Assembly: GCA_011109175.1 (NCBI GenBank)
Contig: RDEW01000041.1
Span: 434,001-498,000, forward strand
Length of the DNA: 64,000 bases
Source of the DNA: Dicyema japonicum
Lineage: Eukaryota; Animalia; Dicyemida
Direction of reading: 5' to 3'
A program made the position numbers and the translations under genes. How positions within the stretch are numbered: position 1 is the first letter of the stretch; each line of letters starts with the position of its first letter. The notes beneath the pieces are model-generated. The model ran no database searches. It saw only the letters and a list, made by a program, of their open reading frames with translations, and was not told the origin of the DNA. Below, piece by piece: positions 50,837 to 64,000 of the stretch.

Positions 50837-53800
50837 GTGAATTTTCCAGATTTTTTCGAAATTTTAAAAATCAAAAATACTATTATCGGATTAATTAATG
50901 ACGCAGAAAGTTACAAAAGTGAATAACAACCCAGCCAAAGTCGACCTACACAACACTTCCCGTTTTTATGAAACTACAAATATCTACTCATTCACAGTTG
51001 AAAACAAGACACTGTGCAGAGCTATAGAATTTGAAATAGATAAGAAATGGCTATAATAGCGATCAACTAAGAGCACATAATTGTGAGAACGACGATTTCA
51101 ACCGATTCCACTATGAGCAACCCAATAATGGAAACCTGACGAATTCAACCGATTCCACTATGAGATACTAGACAGCCTTGTTGTACTGATGTCAGTCATG
51201 TCAACTACAAGCGCGATAAAAATCGCCAATATATTGCATCTCCACAATGAGTCAAGATCTATGCGGATGAGTCACAGAAGCCCTGGTACCTTCCATCTCG
51301 AATTCTACAAAAAATCTGATAAGACAACCTTTATGGAGACCGTGGATAATATTTGTCCCATTGGACTGGACAACCACAAATTCAGAGAAATAACCTCGAG
51401 GTCATTAGAAATTGTAATGAAGAACCTACCCTTTGGGTGGAAGACAGTGATCACCTGGACTCCTTTTAAGAGATAGCCCTATCCACAACGAATGTCTCTC
51501 GAATGTTCAGAAGAGGACAGACGTTGTCAATGGCCAAAGCGTCAATCGGACACAAAGAGGAGGCCACATAGCTAATCTGTGAGGCTTTTTAATTGGAAGA
51601 AACATGGTCACTTGAGAATGGATGCGGTAAGACCCGTTGATTTGTTAGGAATGCCAAAAAATTGGGCACTTTGCGTACCAATGCAAGAATTGTATCCGCT
51701 GTGCAGGAGAACACGACATCTCCAAATGCCTCGAAAACAACTGTGTCATCTGTGGATAACTATGTCAACGGCAGACCCGAAATAACATGCCTGAAAAAAT
51801 CTTCAAGAAGTTAGAAGATATAATCTCAAGATTATAGGAACTCAGTAAAATCACCCAGAATGGATTTAAAAAAGATGTTGACTTTGCAATGGAAAGCATC
51901 ATGAGCTAACACCATGGAAAAGAGGCGCCACCAAGATTGACGTTTTGGTAATCAATGAGACCATGATAAAAAAGACCAAAACTACTACTATGGAGAAATA
52001 CAACTCGATAGAAATACCATGGGCGGAAGGCGACACGGCTGATACGGGAATCTCTTCTACCGTGATGACCTTCAAGCACGGAGCCGGAATATAGCACAGA
52101 ACATAATGTGAATTCGTTTCCATCAACCGTTTTATAGAGATTAACGTATTTTTTGAAAGAAATGCCATGTCTATCTTGGTGAGCGACATAAATTCAAAAA
52201 ACGTCAGTTACAGGTGCCACAAGACCAATGGCGACTGACGATACTGAAAATTTATGCTGAGATAGCATTACATCGGATGAGCTCAACCGTTTTTCTCACC
52301 ATGGTGGAGACATGCTTAGTGTTTTCCTTGTATCACCGCTACTGTACACATATGTGGAAAGACCAAGAACTATGCGGGATATCGGTAGTGACCACATATT
52401 ACAGGAACTGGTCTTGAATTTAGTACCAGATGTCATTCACACATAAAATGGAAAGACTACAGGAATTACCTCACAAGGAACCTAAAAAAGTGGACGGAGG
52501 AACCCATTTCAACAAATGAAATCAAAAATACGAACTGCAAGCTCACAAACATCAAAGGGACATATTTGCAACTATATGCTAAGAAGAATTCTTGAATGAA
52601 AACCGTAACAAATGTATCCACATTTCACCTAAAACCTTGGAACTGATCAAAGAAAAAAAGTCGACTGAGAACTAACTTATGATGATATGTTGACCGGATG
52701 AACCTCATGACGCTACGGTTCAGCTCAAATAACCAAATGAACCATCGTATGCTGGCAGTAAGTACGGAAACCTTCCTTTTCGTTTTCACAAAGATAATCC
52801 TACCGAGGCTATTACATGGATGTGAGGCGTGATACCTATCCACGAAGAAAGAAAGGATATTATCAGTACTGGCGAAGTCTAGAAGATTAGTCATAAAGTT
52901 AGCCCTGGGCAGAAGACTACGCGACGTCCTGAGTACTGAAAAAGATCTGAGTCTTGCCCTAGTGAAGCAAATTGTGAAAAACAGGATTTGTAGATTCCTA
53001 CGTAAGAACGCACATTAATTATGGAGATGGGGACGTCAAAAGGACCAGGCCGCAAAGACGTACTATTTAAAACCCCTATATCTAACTCCTAATCCGGGAA
53101 GTTTGTCGAGATTTATTTTTTACGACCAGCCTCGATGGACTTTTAGATCATCTAAGAATTGTGATATTTGAAAGAGTTTGTCAGAAGAATTTTGATTGTT
53201 TATATCAATGTTAATGAGATTTTAGAAACAAATTGGTGTTTTGTTCACATCAGATAATTGTTAAAAACATTTGGATTTGAAAAAAGTCAGTCTAGCAGAA
53301 ATAATGAATTAGTCCTAAGTATGAAATTAATTGCCATCAAGTGAGGAATACGTATTGTTAATAATTTATTAAAAAGGAAGATTAGACCTTCGAAATAAAA
53401 AATTAGACTACCGAGTAAAATAATGGATATTGAAATTTGCTTGATGCGGATTTTCTTTTATAAATTGGTAAATATTATTTAGAATATATTCTTTTGGACT
53501 CAAATCACCGAATCGAAATTTACAAATGTAGGCAAAATATGATTCGGATCCCCCAATATAAAAGTCATGCAACTCCGGATAAAATATTGCCCGTCAAAAA
53601 AGAGTTGATTTAACTCAGGATTCCTTTCAATGAAACACCGATTTTACAATAAATCTTCTATTACTCCACACGTCGCCAGTAAACCTCTTGCTTTTGGATA
53701 TTTAGCTAGAGTTGCCACAATTTTGATGATTCTAATGGTGATATAATGACCTGAAATTCCGTCTATCTGAACCCTTTTAAAAGCATTGTGAATTTGAGCA

Positions 53801-54630
53801 ATTCCATCCAAATCAACAAACAAATCCACGTTTTGTTCATTTTCGTCTAAATAAATATATGTTGAATGCCTAGAAGATATCTCAACACATTGAATAAGCC
53901 AGAAGTCATGCAGTTGCATTTTTCAAGAAATTTAAAGCAATACTAGGATTATCTTTTCATTAATTTTAAACTTTGACAAGTCCGGAATAGCCAAGATAAG
54001 TCAGAAAGTTTATGCTCATATCTTTCATAATTTCACTTTCGTAGCTGTTCCAAAAACACATTTTTTTAAGCACGTATGAGAACGAAGGTAACTAAAATTA
54101 AAAATTTTCAAACAAAAACTGAAGTCTCCCATGGTTTTACAAACTTTAATATGCTTACACAATCAGTAATTTTCTAAAAATTTGAAATTACAGTACATTT
54201 TCATCATCATCAAAAGGTCGGTAAGGATGAACCACGTCAAGAAAAGTATCATAAATCATGCTAAGAATAGAATCAACACATACCAACGATTAAAGTAAGA
54301 AATTTCATAGTCTTGGGTGATCTCAATAAGAATAGTCCTGGAGTAATAAAATTCACTTACATGATATTCTGAAATCACACACTTAGTCTCATACAACTGG
54401 TCGAAAAACTGAACTAATACTTTTTTAAATACTTTCAAAAATCGACTTAAAATTTTATTTCTAAATTTTCTATTCCCATTGCAAATTTCATAAATGACTT
54501 TATACAATTGTTTTTCATCTCCTAAATCTAAGACAGATCTGAGTAAGTTGTTTACAAGTGATTCTTTATTATTCTATGATATATCATAAAATTTACCGAT
54601 TCGTTTATATCCACACTGAAATTTGTAATT
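50837..54630. repeat. Segmental duplication, copy B
   Basis: Colinear with 39268-43206. Confidence 0.92.
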
Positions 54631-55449
54631 AGGTCCAAATTATTTTTTCTCAATCCATGTTTGGCCACGTGTCTATGATTATTATAATCGATAACTTTGT
54701 TAATTTTTCCATGTCTATATTATAACCCGATAGATCGAGAAATGTTAGATTTTTGGTTTTTTCGAGAAGAGGAATACAATTAACCTTAAATGCATCAATA
54801 TTTGTTTCATCATATTCATTAGTTGCATGCTTAAAATCACTGAATTTGATATAAATTAAACCACAGAGACTCTGGACTGTTTAGGTTAGCGGCAAACTCT
54901 TCAAAGTCAATAATTTGAACGTTCATAAAGTATATATGCTCAAGTTTATCCATTATTTTAATTGTGCTGTTTTTAAAAATTATTTCATCATTTTCTAAAT
55001 CGCCAAGCTCAAGGGATTTGATTTTGTTAAATCCAGTCATAAATAGGGAATGTAGCAAATCTGGGTCATCATATTCTTGAAGTGAGAATGATTGGACGTT
55101 ATTGGGTGAGAATGGTAGTAAAGGATTATTTTTTGAAATTATTTTACATAATTTAATATTCGATAAATTTGGATAAACTTGAATCATCTTGACAATATCT
55201 TCAACATCAATTCGCTTACAAAATTCAACGCAGAAAACATTTTTTTACTACATCTGAAATCTTACTTAATTTTGAATATAGTTCGTCTGGAAATTCAATT
55301 CGAAATGGATCTCTCGCATATCTCAGTTGTCTAAGTAATCTTTTAAAAATCATTTTTCTAGTTTTTTCGTTTAATTCTTGATATTTTTTATCATCAAAGT
55401 CTATTCGAATTTGATCAAGGCAATGCGCATATAATGAGGGTATTTCCAT
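53385..55449 (-). pseudogene. ZYG-11/ZER1-like gene copy B (BC/VHL box, LRR, ARM); C-terminus deleted
   Basis: N-terminal MEIPSLYAHCLDQI (PSL..C box), LTFLDLS LRRs, ARM segment 53644-53919; lacks the 41660-41960 equivalent. Confidence 0.6.
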
Positions 55450-56392
55450 TTACTAACAAAATGATGAATTTATAATTATGTTAATTTTCAAAAAATATTA
55501 ATTTTACTTAAAAAATAAATTTATTTATTAGAATAATTAATTTTATTGAATTTTATAACAATATAGTATCCTTGGTCAAATGTGATCCTCCAATACTCGG
55601 CGTTGTGTGAGTCATGCTTCTGATGTGGATGTCTGCTTAATTCTGTATTTTTTGATTTTGCTGTTGAATAATTTTAAATCAGTTTGTTAAGAATTTAACT
55701 CCAACAGGTAATTCTTTTTTCAAAGAGAGATGATTCTTATAACGGTGTTCATGTTGCACTAGGACCTAGTGACTAGGTGCTAGTGGATTTGTACGATCTG
55801 TTACTTCATGGAATAATAGTTTTGAATTTGGATAGTTGTAGACATGAAATATTAGGTATAGATTTTCAATAAATAAATTAGTAGTTTTATTAAATCACAT
55901 CGAAAATTCATCGTAAAAAAGTATATTATTTTTATGTAAAATAAAATTAGTGTGATGAAGGCTTTAAGGCAGATAAATTAGCACGCAGTTTAATGTTATG
56001 AATCAAAAATACAATCATACATATTAGAAGTGGTTTATCCAGGGATATAAACTACCAGGGCATGTTTTAGAGTCAGTTCGAGTTTATGAACAACGGGGGA
56101 ACATCTCCGGGTTTATAGATGTTAAAATTTTGATTAAATCAGGTTAATGGACCTCAATGTTATTTCAAATATTTACAAATTTTTTGTAATCTTGGGGATT
56201 GAAGTTGTTTGTTTGTTAGAATAGTGTAGATTAAATCCAAGCATTTGATGACATAAGATCCTTCAGTCGAACTCCTTCAGCTCAAAGATAAGTGAACTAT
56301 TCGACAATTCTATATTTATGATTGGCGTGCAAATTAAAGAGATGATAATTTGCTAATTTTGTGACTCCAGTTTATGCTTTCACGTGTCTTTC

Positions 56393-56832
56393 AATTCAGA
56401 GATAAAATTCAAGATAAAAACATTTACTTAAAAGTTATGAGAAAGCGCAGTCACTTGTTCTACTGTGAGCTATCACTCCGACTGTTCTTTTCGTATTTTT
56501 GCAACAAGCCGACAAACGGTTGGATGTTTTATAGACACTCTTTGTGAAAAAGATCTGTGCCATCCTTCAAGTGAATTTGTAGTTCTTGGGAGGCCTTCTT
56601 CCTGTCTGTCGTGTACATTCCACATTTCCAAACTAAACAATGGTCTTATTCTCCTTTCACGTTGCAAGGCTCCGATCCATGTTGTCTCAAAATAGGTCAG
56701 AATATCTCCCAATACGTAATCAGTCTCGTCTTCTATAGTTTCAAGTAGCGATCGGAAACTCAAAATGACTTGAGTTACATAAACGGCCAAATGTCTATCG
56801 GCCTAATATCTGTCTGCCAAATGTCCTTGTAC
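56393..56832 (-). mobile_element. MULE fragment, paralog of the 30.8-31.5 kb element
   Basis: PRTTNSLEGWHRSF..HPT; GCCAAATGTC terminal repeats. Confidence 0.75.
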
Positions 56833-56879
56833 CGATTATGCCAATTCTCAAGTCTGGAAAGCGCTTTGCCAAAACTGCT

Positions 56880-57450
56880 TGATCTTCCCAAAATCAAGAC
56901 TAATCTAAATGGGATCCCAAAAGGCTTCCCTTTATCTGTTCTCCTCTATAACTTATTTCTACATGACTTACCTACTACCAAAGATCAGGAAACCATGTTT
57001 TTATCTTACGCGGACTACCTACTATCGAAGCAAGGGATAGATCTCCCTCCGTGGCTGTGACGGTGATCACATCTCAACCCATGAGTGTCACTGGCTATCC
57101 GCAAATATGTTCTCTTATCTGCATCCAAGTCTCAGTTCATTCTCTCCACTTAAGACAAGAGATTTAAGGATGGACTCGAGATATTCTTTGGAGACATCCC
57201 TATCCTTCTACATGAATCCAATAACTATCGACACTTTAAAAACGTTTTCCAGTCACATGGAGGAAGTGTTAACCAAGGGGCTACGTAAGTGGAACTATTA
57301 TAAAGAAGAGTCCTTTCCCACCTACAGAATGTATCAGTAAGCTCTACCTTCAAATTATTGAATATGCTCGTTCTGTCTAGAGATTTGCTATTTTCTCTAA
57401 GCGACCAAAAAGAATTTTTTCTTGGTAGTCTTGGGGTTTAAATAAATAAT
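56880..57450 (+). mobile_element. Ingi-like LINE RT and 3' fragment
   Basis: NGIPKGFPLSVLLYNLFLHDLP..SYADYL; family tail CTTGGTAGTCTTGGGGTTTTAAATAAATAAT. Confidence 0.75.
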
Positions 57451-58465
57451 GTGCCATTTTTGTTAACCACCAGTTCTTTCACTTAAAGCGACCAGGGGAG
57501 CACAATTTTCGATTTAACAAAATTATTAGACATTTATTACCACTACGACTTGCATGAAACTCTTCTCGTTCCTTTTGTCCTACCAATACCTGACTAACAC
57601 AAGTAGGTCATATTCGAAATGACAAACTTTACGAGAATCACGTAGAACCATTGAAGGATCCGGCATGGCGAATAATTGATCTTACAGATTAGAAGGAAAC
57701 CGACGACTTTTCCAGAATTACCTTTGGGGCAGAAACATCAGTGAGATTGACGATAAATTTAGTGAGATTTCCTCTACTATTTTCTTTCTCTTTCCCTAAG
57801 TATCTTTTGGATATAAAATACATCATCAAGCAGGTGGAACTTCTGTAACAAAATAATTGAAGAAAAATGGCCTTGTGTCTCGCGATCTTTTATGTCTGAA
57901 AATATGAAATTAAGAACTTCTTGAAATTCACAACTTTTACTACTTTTGAGTTAAGATGGAAAAGATAGTCACCACAGGATCAGCCTGATTTTTAAAAAAG
58001 CCTGTATTTTCTTTAAAGCCCTGATCTTGAATATATTCCATTACACCTATTTCGATAATAGCATATAAGGCTCATAGGACCATAACCCAGTGGATATTTT
58101 CGGTGATCCTGATTTTCATAGATGACTCAGGTTTGTCTTGAATATGTCCAGAAAAATTCTAATAGTTTCTAGATCATTGAGAGCCTTGTCTGACCAATAA
58201 ATTCGAATTTATTCATCTGTTTCGATTAATTCAAAGTTTGATTAACACGTGTTTAAATTTTTAAAATTATATAATCAAACTCATAAAATATTGCAGCAAC
58301 AAGCACGATGTCCTTCTCAGGACTATCTCCGGCATTCAAAATTCTCGGAGTCGCAGGTGAAATCAATAAAATTTAATTTTTACAAATTAATTTTATTTTT
58401 TATAAAAATCAATAAATATTTTTTTTGAAAATTAATTTAATTATAAATTCAAAACTTGTTAGAAA

Positions 58466-61400
58466 ATGAACACCATCATTATATGTGCTTGCGTTAAAAA
58501 TATTCGAAAACTGTGATGAGACAAAATTCAAAAATTAAGCGAAAAATCGAACAAAATGTTTTAAAAGATTTAAAGAACTTGGATATTTGAAAGATTTCAC
58601 TTAAGAAGAGTTCGCAAATCAAATATCTACAAGATTTCAAATGTTGTACAGAAAAATATTTTCTGCATTGAATTTAGTAAACAAAATGTTGACGTTAAAG
58701 ACATTGTCAAGATGATTCAAGTTTATCCGAATTTATCGAATATTAAAATATGCGAAATAACTTCATCGAAAAGAAACCTTCACTACCATTCTCACCCAAT
58801 AACGTCCAATCATTCTCACTTCAAAAATGATGACCCAGATTTGCTATATTGCCTATTTATNACATTTCCAAACTAAACAATGGTCTTATTCTCCTTTCAC
58901 GTTGCAAGGCTCCGATCCATGTTGTCTCAAAATAGGTCAGAATATCTCCCAATACGTAATCAGTCTCGTCATCTATAGTTTCAAGTAGCGATCGGAAACT
59001 CTCAATGACTTGAGTTACATGAACGGCCAAATGTCTATCGGCCTAATATCTGTCTGCCAAATGTCCTTGTACCGATTATACCAATTCTCAAGTCTGGAAA
59101 GCGCTTTGCCAAAACTGCTTGATCTTCCCAAAATCAAGACTACTTCTAAATGGGATCCCAAAAGGCTTCCCTTTATCTGTTCTCCTCTATAACTTATTTC
59201 TACATGACTTACCTACTACCAAAGATCAGGAAACCATGTTTTTATCTTACGCGGACTACCTACTATCGAAGCAAGGGATAGATCTCCCTCCGTGGCTGTG
59301 ACGGTGATCACATCTCAACCCATGAGTGTCACTGGCTATCCGCAAATATGTTCTCTTATCTGCATCCAAGTCTCAGTTCATTCTCTCCACTTAAGACAAG
59401 AGATTTAAGGATGGACTCGAGATATTCTTTGGAGACATCCCTATCCTTCTACATGAATCCAATAACTATCGACACTTTAAAAACGTTTTCCAGTCACATG
59501 GAGGAAGTGTTAACCAAGGGGCTACGTAAGTGGTACTATTATAAAGAAGAGTCCTTTCCCACCTACAAGATTTCAAATGTTGTACAGAAAAATATTTTCT
59601 GCATTGAATTTAGTAAACAAAATGTTGACGTTAAAGACATTGTCAAGATGATTCAAGATCATCCGAATTTATCGAATATTAAAATATGCGAAATAACTTT
59701 ATCGAAAAAAGTCCTTCACTACCATTCTCACCCAATAACGTCCAATCATTCTCACTTCAAAAATATGATGACCCAGATTTGCTACATTGCCTATTTATGA
59801 CTGGATTTAACAAAATAACATTCCTTGAACTTTTTCGTATCATAAATTACCGTCCATTGACTTTTAAAAATAGCACCTTGAAAATAATGGAGAAACTGGA
59901 ACACATCGAATTTTATAACCTTTCCATCATCGACTTTGAAGAATTTTCTAGAAACTTAAACAGTCCAGAGTCATTGTGGTCTGTTCTTTTGTAAAATTCC
60001 GTTATTTTGCGTACATACAGAAATTATATAGTAACGGTATATATTTGGATTCAGATAATATTAGTTGCCTTTTTGAAAAAGCCAAGAACATTACTTTTGT
60101 AGATTTATCTGGGAATATTGTCAATGTGCAAGAAGTAACAGAGTAATTAATTCTAGTTATTTTAGCACAGTACCAAAAAACCAATTGAAGAGAATTCTTT
60201 GGGAGAATTTTTTGAGTTACAGTGAAGATATAAACGAATCAGTAAATTGACGAAATAATGTAGAATGATCGAGAATCAGCTGTAAATAACGCAGTCAAGT
60301 CTTTCGAACATATATCCTGGGATGTTTTACACGGAAGTAACGAAGTATTGGATATATCCTCGATGATTTAACAACATGAAAATTAAGAGTATCTTTTTAA
60401 ACCGATTTTTGAAAGTATTTTGAAATATTATTATAGCTTCTCTATCAGAGTTTTAAGAGTAAGTACAGAGATCCAAATGTTTTTATGTAATTGAATTTTT
60501 TTACTCAGATTTATTCTAACTGGGATTACAGAAATACATGAGATTTCGTATTCTAATCGTTGGTATACGTTGGTCTCATTTTTAGTTTAATTTATTATAC
60601 TGTTCTTAAAATTCTTAGTAATCACCTGATTCAGGAAGTTTCCGTAATTTAACTTTTAAGGCTATTCCTTCCTGTGTATACTTAATCCTCGATTTAAATC
60701 CATGGAACACATCTATCTTCGTTTGCTAATTTTTTATTTTAGCTGCCTGCACTGTCATTCATGTTTTTTAAAATGTCCAAATTGGAAGACCGTGCAGCTT
60801 ATATAAGAAATGGGTGTCAGCCTATAATGAAAAAATTAAGTATCGAATTTTTATCTTATTTGGGGCACTTGGGACTTGTCAGAGTTTACAAAATAAATAA
60901 TCTTAGTACTGCTTTGAACGTATTAAAGCATTCTACCTCAAGACTTATGACGTATTGAATGTGCTGAACTACCTGTTAGGTACTAAATACATTTAGTTAG
61001 ATGAAAATGAAACGAATGTAAATTTGTTTATTGACTTGGGTGGAATTGGGTCAATTTGTAAAATTTTCGAAAGAATCCCATCAAAATGTCGTGAAGAAAT
61101 TATAATTCCACTTCTTGAAACTACGGAAATTCTAGCTAAATTTTCGAAATCTAGACGTTTACTGGGGAAATGCAGAATAATAGAATATTTATTGTAAACT
61201 TGTTCAATCATTAAAAGTGATCTTGTTTACGATGAATCCAATTTTATTATTTCCTATTTAGCCAGGAGTTGTATGTGTCTCGTTTTCAAATGATGTCTCC
61301 CCTACAATCATAAATTTGGATATAGGTGATGCGATTCGACGAGAAGTGATTCTTGATAAGATTTTTCAATTTATTAAAGAATATCCTCATGAAGCCCATT

Positions 61401-61720
61401 GTGATATCGATAGAAGGTTGCTCAAATTTAAATGTTCAGTTTGACGTCAACAATAACATTATTAAGCGTGTAACACAGATGAGCGAATTTGGCTCTGGGC
61501 TTTGTGGGAATGCTACTTTGACAACTGAATCTCGTTATCTTTATTTTGATAATAGCAAATGTATTTATGTACAAGTTGATTCCGCATGGCATTATTCAGA
61601 AAATTGAGAATGTATGTGTACACTCCAACATGGAAGAGATCCATTATTATACTGAAATTTTTAGAACAAATTACAATGTTTTAATTTTTGTAATTTTATA
61701 ATTACATTAATCAGCATTAA
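58466..61720 (+). pseudogene. ZYG-11/ZER1-like gene copy C, interrupted by a duplicated block and an assembly N
   Basis: Paralogous to copies A and B along its length (DDPDLLH, DENETNVNLFIDLGGI, NMEEIHYY..FRTNYN); many stops. Confidence 0.6.
58862..59798 (+). repeat. Tandem re-duplication after the N gap
   Basis: 58862-59567 matches ~56621-57325 and 59563-59798 matches ~58627-58860. Confidence 0.9.
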
Positions 61721-62289
61721 GGCAAGTCTGCAAACATCCTACAGTCAATTGATTTCCTTATTAAAAATAATTTATCTAACTAAGCTTTCTTATTTTAATG
61801 TCTCCACATTAACCACTAATTTCAGTTTATCGCATTTTTCTTCTGAACAAAGACAAACTGTGGGACTTTGGAAGCATAAGATGCGCAAATTTAATGATAA
61901 AAAGCTTTGAATTCACTGATGTTGTGGATTAGAAACTACTGAAAAACTTGAGGAAATTACATAGTAATCGCCTCATTAAGAAGGAAATGGAATTAATTCT
62001 AGATTTAGCTGCGAGAAACCCAAAACTTTTTAGCAAAAAGACAAAAATAGGACTCTGCTACTATGGATTAACTAGGGACTGATCCGTTCCATTGTACGTT
62101 TACGATAACAATTAATGACATCAACATAGATTTTTTAAGTGAAAGCAGATCCGTATTCATTACTTAGTTTCATTAATGAGGGTTAAATTCCAACTTAGCT
62201 GATTCTGTGTCAAATCCAAATATATCACTTGACGGCTATGTAGTTATTGAATTTGTCGGTAATTTTTTGTTTTTAATGATAATAATCAT

Positions 62290-62725
62290 TACCTCATCTT
62301 TGCTCTGTGTTCTTCCCTTGTGCTTCCTGAATTTTCAGGGCCACCTTCACGTGATCTGGAGACAAGCCAAGTTCTTCAATGTCATGTGAGATTCTTTCGC
62401 TGAGTAGAGCATACACATTTATTATTGTGATGAGTTCTCTAGATTCTTGAGAAAGTATGTTTTCATTCGACCCATAAGTGGCCGTGGAGTCAATAAAAAC
62501 GATTCTTTGGACTGCAAGACCCAGTCCATAGTGTCTTGAGTCGGGATAGTTTCTTGTAGGTAGCACACTGTTAAACCTTATGCTTTTAGGTCCTCAAGTA
62601 GTTACTCTTTTGTATTTTTGCGCAATTCCCAGAACATTGAAAAGAGAGTCGTTCCGAATGCTTTAAGACATAAAGCGCAAGATTGATATGCCACCACCTC
62701 AACCTTTGTCAGTTTAATTGTCCAT
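62290..62725 (-). mobile_element. APE endonuclease remnant of an RTE/CR1-like LINE (also at 31513-31795)
   Basis: FNVLGI..LLEDL..CYLQET, RHYGLGLAV, IINVYA, DHVKV. Confidence 0.55.
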
Positions 62726-64000
62726 TTTGATAATTTTTGTTTTACAAATATTTAAAATTTAAAATATAATTATTAATAAATAAAAGAAAATTTACCTGGC
62801 GAGGTTTCATTATGGCATGGAGCCAGTTTTTGTTGTTTCTAAACAATTTTTTATTCTCTGCAGAAACAAAAGAATTTAATTCTGATGTTACTTGTTGATA
62901 TTTCGAAAGGAAAGTGGCAGATGTGGACTCATGTCAGTTGAAGAAGACAACAGGAGCCATTGTATTAAGTCAACCTTCATATACAAGAAAGAGGAGTCCT
63001 GGGATTAAGAAAAGAAGGCAATCATTGAGATGAGATGGTTTATATAGTCCTTTACATATGAATGTGAGGGCTTGTTTTTTTATAATATTGATCGCATCAT
63101 CTCGGTCATGGAGGTCAACAACTGAGCAATTAAGTTTATTATCAGAAGAGGCTGGATAGGGTTTTAATGAAGAAAAGAGCCTTGAGAATCATCCAGTACA
63201 AGTTATTGAAAGTTAACTCAGATTTTCGACTAGTGTGTACGACTACAAGAGGAGTATTAAAGAGTAACGAGAATGTTTTCTAGAGTTCATTCACAAGGTT
63301 AGACGTAAGAAATAAAAGTAGAGTGCATCATGTCCCGTCATATTTAACAGTCTCATAAATTCTACCTTACATAATCAATATTTGATGTTTATAGTTAAAT
63401 ATGCATGGTCAACTGGCCTAGTGGTTGGTTGATCACCAAAACCCAAAGTTCTTAGAATATAAACAAAATTAGGTCCATAAAAGGAAAAAGGACCGTTTTT
63501 TATGTGAATAATTCAATTCTTTTGGTTATGTAGTACTTGTCGTACGTTTAATTCATCAATGAAGAAGATTTTATCAAACATCACATGAACATTCGCCAGA
63601 GTTCATATCCTATACGACAATAAATTTTTTGAATAAAAAAAATTTTAATGCAAAAACTATCAACTACTGGCTTCTATCATAATGTTCACCATGTCGGCTA
63701 GTCAGAACTCGGAAGCGTGGGATTTCCTCCTCTGGTTGTGGAAATTTCTTTCACCTGGGGTGTGTCAGCTATCCAAAGCCGCAGCGAGCGCGCTTTGAGT
63801 TGGCCATTCATGCCTTTTCCTATTCAGGGGGGTTCCCTATATTTACGCCACTGTTAACTCTCCTGTTAATTACACATAAACCACTGACCCCGATACATTC
63901 CTGCGCCTCATCTCTGAGCGAAGTTCTTTACAGACTATCCCGGTAAAGATCCCCAAGGCTGTTCGCCCTGTCACTGCTAAGACCCTTTCCAATACAATCG

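Overview
Eukaryotic nuclear DNA, AT-rich and dominated by transposons, from a ciliated animal with very short spliceosomal introns (mostly 21-26 nt). By inference it best fits a dicyemid such as Dicyema; innexin plus cilia-linked SPEF1 argue against myxozoans. Host genes: NSDHL, SPEF1/CLAMP, a Cdc25-like phosphatase, LRRC69, proline dehydrogenase, an innexin pseudogene and an expanded, decaying ZYG-11/ZER1-like family carried on segmental duplications. Mobile DNA: nine copies or fragments of a CRE-clade retrotransposon with a restriction-like endonuclease (REL), two retaining an N-terminal PHD finger, plus hAT, MULE, Tc1-like and R4 remnants and a tRNA-type SINE. The best candidate system is an ingi/Vingi-like APE-RT LINE. 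It starts with a covarying HDV-ribozyme-like fold, has an AUG-less leader ending in a 2A/StopGo peptide, and shares its 5' fold and 3' tail with short non-autonomous elements. These elements repeatedly sit head-first against roughly 80-120 bp nearly pure A/T blocks, which also precede host genes. The palindrome CACGTG looks over-represented in host and old DNA but was not seen in the young CRE copies. Single-base indels and one N (58861) suggest an error-prone assembly, so some 'pseudogene' lesions may be artefacts. All homology calls are by-eye motif recognition, not database searches.
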